This document shows, piece by piece, positions 61,601 to 64,000 of a stretch of 64,000 nt of DNA (positions are counted from its first letter, which is position 1; every line of letters begins with the position of its first letter). The DNA comes from Thalia democratica (taxonomy: Eukaryota): the NCBI GenBank assembly GCA_965202585.1, contig OZ241834.1, positions 8,184,001 through 8,248,000 of the forward strand. Reading direction: 5' to 3'. The translations under genes and the position numbers were made by a program. Below the pieces are notes generated by a model. The model was not told the origin of the DNA and searched no databases. It worked only from the letters and a program-made list of their open reading frames with translations.

Positions 61601-64000
61601 CAATTAGGTTGATTTTATTAAATTTAAAAAAAATATAGACTATTTTATTTATGTATAGATTATATAAATTATAAAGTTACAATTAAACTACGAAATCTAA
61701 AACCATTTCCTATAAAACTAATAAGGTTAAGTGTTATAAAATTACTCTACATTAGCAAATAAAACAGTCAGTAGTCATACCCGTTATGGTTATTTTCATT
61801 TTGTTGTAATTTAGTTTAAAGATATAAACAATATAATAACTTTAAACAAAATAAAATAACATGTTGTCTGACTATAAAATTAGCTTAATCGAACAAATAC
61901 GTATTTTTTTATAATAGATAAAACTTTTATGCTATATAAAATTAATATCTTATTTGAAGCATCTTTTTCAAACTATTCGATATTGAAAAACCTAATCTGT
62001 AAAATAAAGCAAGCTTTGTTTTAAATACAAGAACAAAAAATAATAGTGACATTATTTTTGTGATTTCAGACAACTCGAGCTTTTATGTAAGTATTTCTAC
62101 TAAAAAGTACTTAAAAAATTTTATCTTATACTTTTAATTTTGAAAAGTTATGAGTAGTTTTGTAATCTGAATCGAAAAACATTGTTTTATTTAATATAAA
62201 GCTTACGTCTTTAGACGATATATATCAGTATGTTTGTAAAAAGTAATATCATTATTCTTAAACCAAACACTTTTGTATTTTAAACCAAAAAGTTGAAAAC
62301 AAAAATCAACTAATCCTAATTAAGCAAGTAAAACGTCTTAAAAGCCAAGATTAAAAAAATACTAAATGAGTTATCAGTCGTGAACGTGACTCTAAAAATA
62401 GTCGAACAAAAACAAGTTAAGTTGGTTCAAAAAATAAAATTTAAGTCTCGTTGCATTCTTTAATAAGTAATAGAAACAAAAATTGAGATATTGAAACTTT
62501 AAGTTGTAAAAATCAAAAAAATGCATCATGGGGATGTTATGTGTTCCTCTTAATTCAAATTTTAAACTAATTTTTTAATATGTTATTACATAACATTTTT
62601 AATTGAAATAAAATACAGCTCTTTATTCATTAAACATTTGATTAAGTAGTATTAATTATGTACGTAGTTACAATAAATATTTGAATTGAATATAAATTAA
62701 TCCAGTAAAGGAAGGACTCGATTCAGGATGTATTATACTTTTAAATGACTTTGGTTTAAACGACTCACTAGATTATCTGCCTTGCTAGTATTAGTTTGTA
62801 AAGTATAAACTTAAGAAATAATTTTGTTGCAATTTTTGGTATATATGTTCTACTTTGCGTAGCAATTTAAATATCAATTGATAAAAAAAATAAAATCAGT
62901 AATTCATAACCTAATATATTTTTTTAAAATAAAGATAACTTTACAAAGTTTTTCTAACAGTACATAATGCACACAAACAAAGAAAACAAAATTATTTAAA
63001 AGCTATATAAAATAGTTATAATAATTGGAATAGCTTTTAATTATCTACAATAATTTTTACTAGGTTTTCCTAATTTTATAAAGCTTACAAGATTTTTATT
63101 TGTAGTGTGTTTTATAAACATTTTAAAGATGATAAAACTTTGTAGATAATTTAATTATTAAACGACAAAAAATACGCGGAACAAGTTTGTTCCAAGGACC
63201 TTTAGTTTTCGGTTCGAACTAAGGACAAATAGCATTGACACTTAATACTACTAAGAAATGAGAAGCACTGTTATTATTTTGAATCTGTTAAAACCAATTA
63301 GTTCCTCTCACAGATAAGTTTAACTACAAAATATGTAATGCATTAATGGAGTAAAATAATTTATGCATTGTTCGGCGCAATACCTTTTGTAACAAGAGCT
63401 TTTTAAATCTTTTGAGATTTTGAACGGGTAAACTTTTTATTATTTCTGAAAAAAAAACAAAGACATACTTTTTTTTTTATAATTATGTCGTAAAACCGTG
63501 CAAAATGACTAGTAAAAATAAATTTTGTCTATTAACATAAGAGTTTTTATGTTGCAAATGACATTTCAAAACTTTCTTTAAAACTACAGTCGTAGTAAAA
63601 CTTTAAAATTTTATGTTTATAGTTATTTTATATACAAGCCTGCAGTGTGAAGTAAGTCTTTCTTAGACAACTAACATTGAACTTAAACACATGGTTTAAA
63701 ACATTTAGTTTATTGTCTCGGTCTTGTAAATAACTATTTGAAATCTACTAACGTTTGGTACTTAAACCACAATTTTAAATATACTTCAACGTTTTATTTT
63801 ATTTTTTTCTTGATTTTTATACAATACTATATGTCACTGTTTTATTTAAGCATACGTATGGTAAATTAAATATACTTTCTATAGAGCAGGGTCAAACAGC
63901 ATTTTAGTGTATACAATGTTTTAATCTCCTTATTTTCTACTTTTTTATTAAAGAATGTTTCGTATCGAAAACTTTTTATTTTGCGAAAGTAACTATAACT

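Overview
Very AT-rich, intron-rich animal genomic DNA; this is not a prokaryote. Composition, a Hydra-type Penelope element and the repeat landscape suggest a Hydra-like hydrozoan, but the taxon is an inference. By following GT-AG junctions and phases by hand I assembled: a 5-exon interleukin-17-like cytokine gene (+, 55560-58629); a 7-exon single-bromodomain BET-BD1-like gene (+, 26497-30542); an intronless HS1BP3-like PX-domain gene (+, 44647-45612); a multi-exon adhesion GPCR (-, 12770-20744) whose GPS/7TM half reads through but whose ectodomain exons carry frameshifts or stops; frameshifted exons of a single-pass membrane protein (+, 9434-11072); and two convergent, 98% identical copies of an unrecognised GC-rich 178-aa ORF (36125-36661 +, 49272-49808 -). 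Mobile DNA includes a truncated Penelope-like retroelement with a degenerate hammerhead ribozyme at its 3' end, a CAGTGGCG-ended hAT-like non-autonomous family carrying 15-bp CTCGAG minisatellite arrays, a CAGGGTTGCCAC MITE and a 1.2-kb element with about 245-bp inverted arms. The best leads are the IL-17-like gene and the duplicated orphan gene pair. All gene models are manual predictions without transcript or database support.
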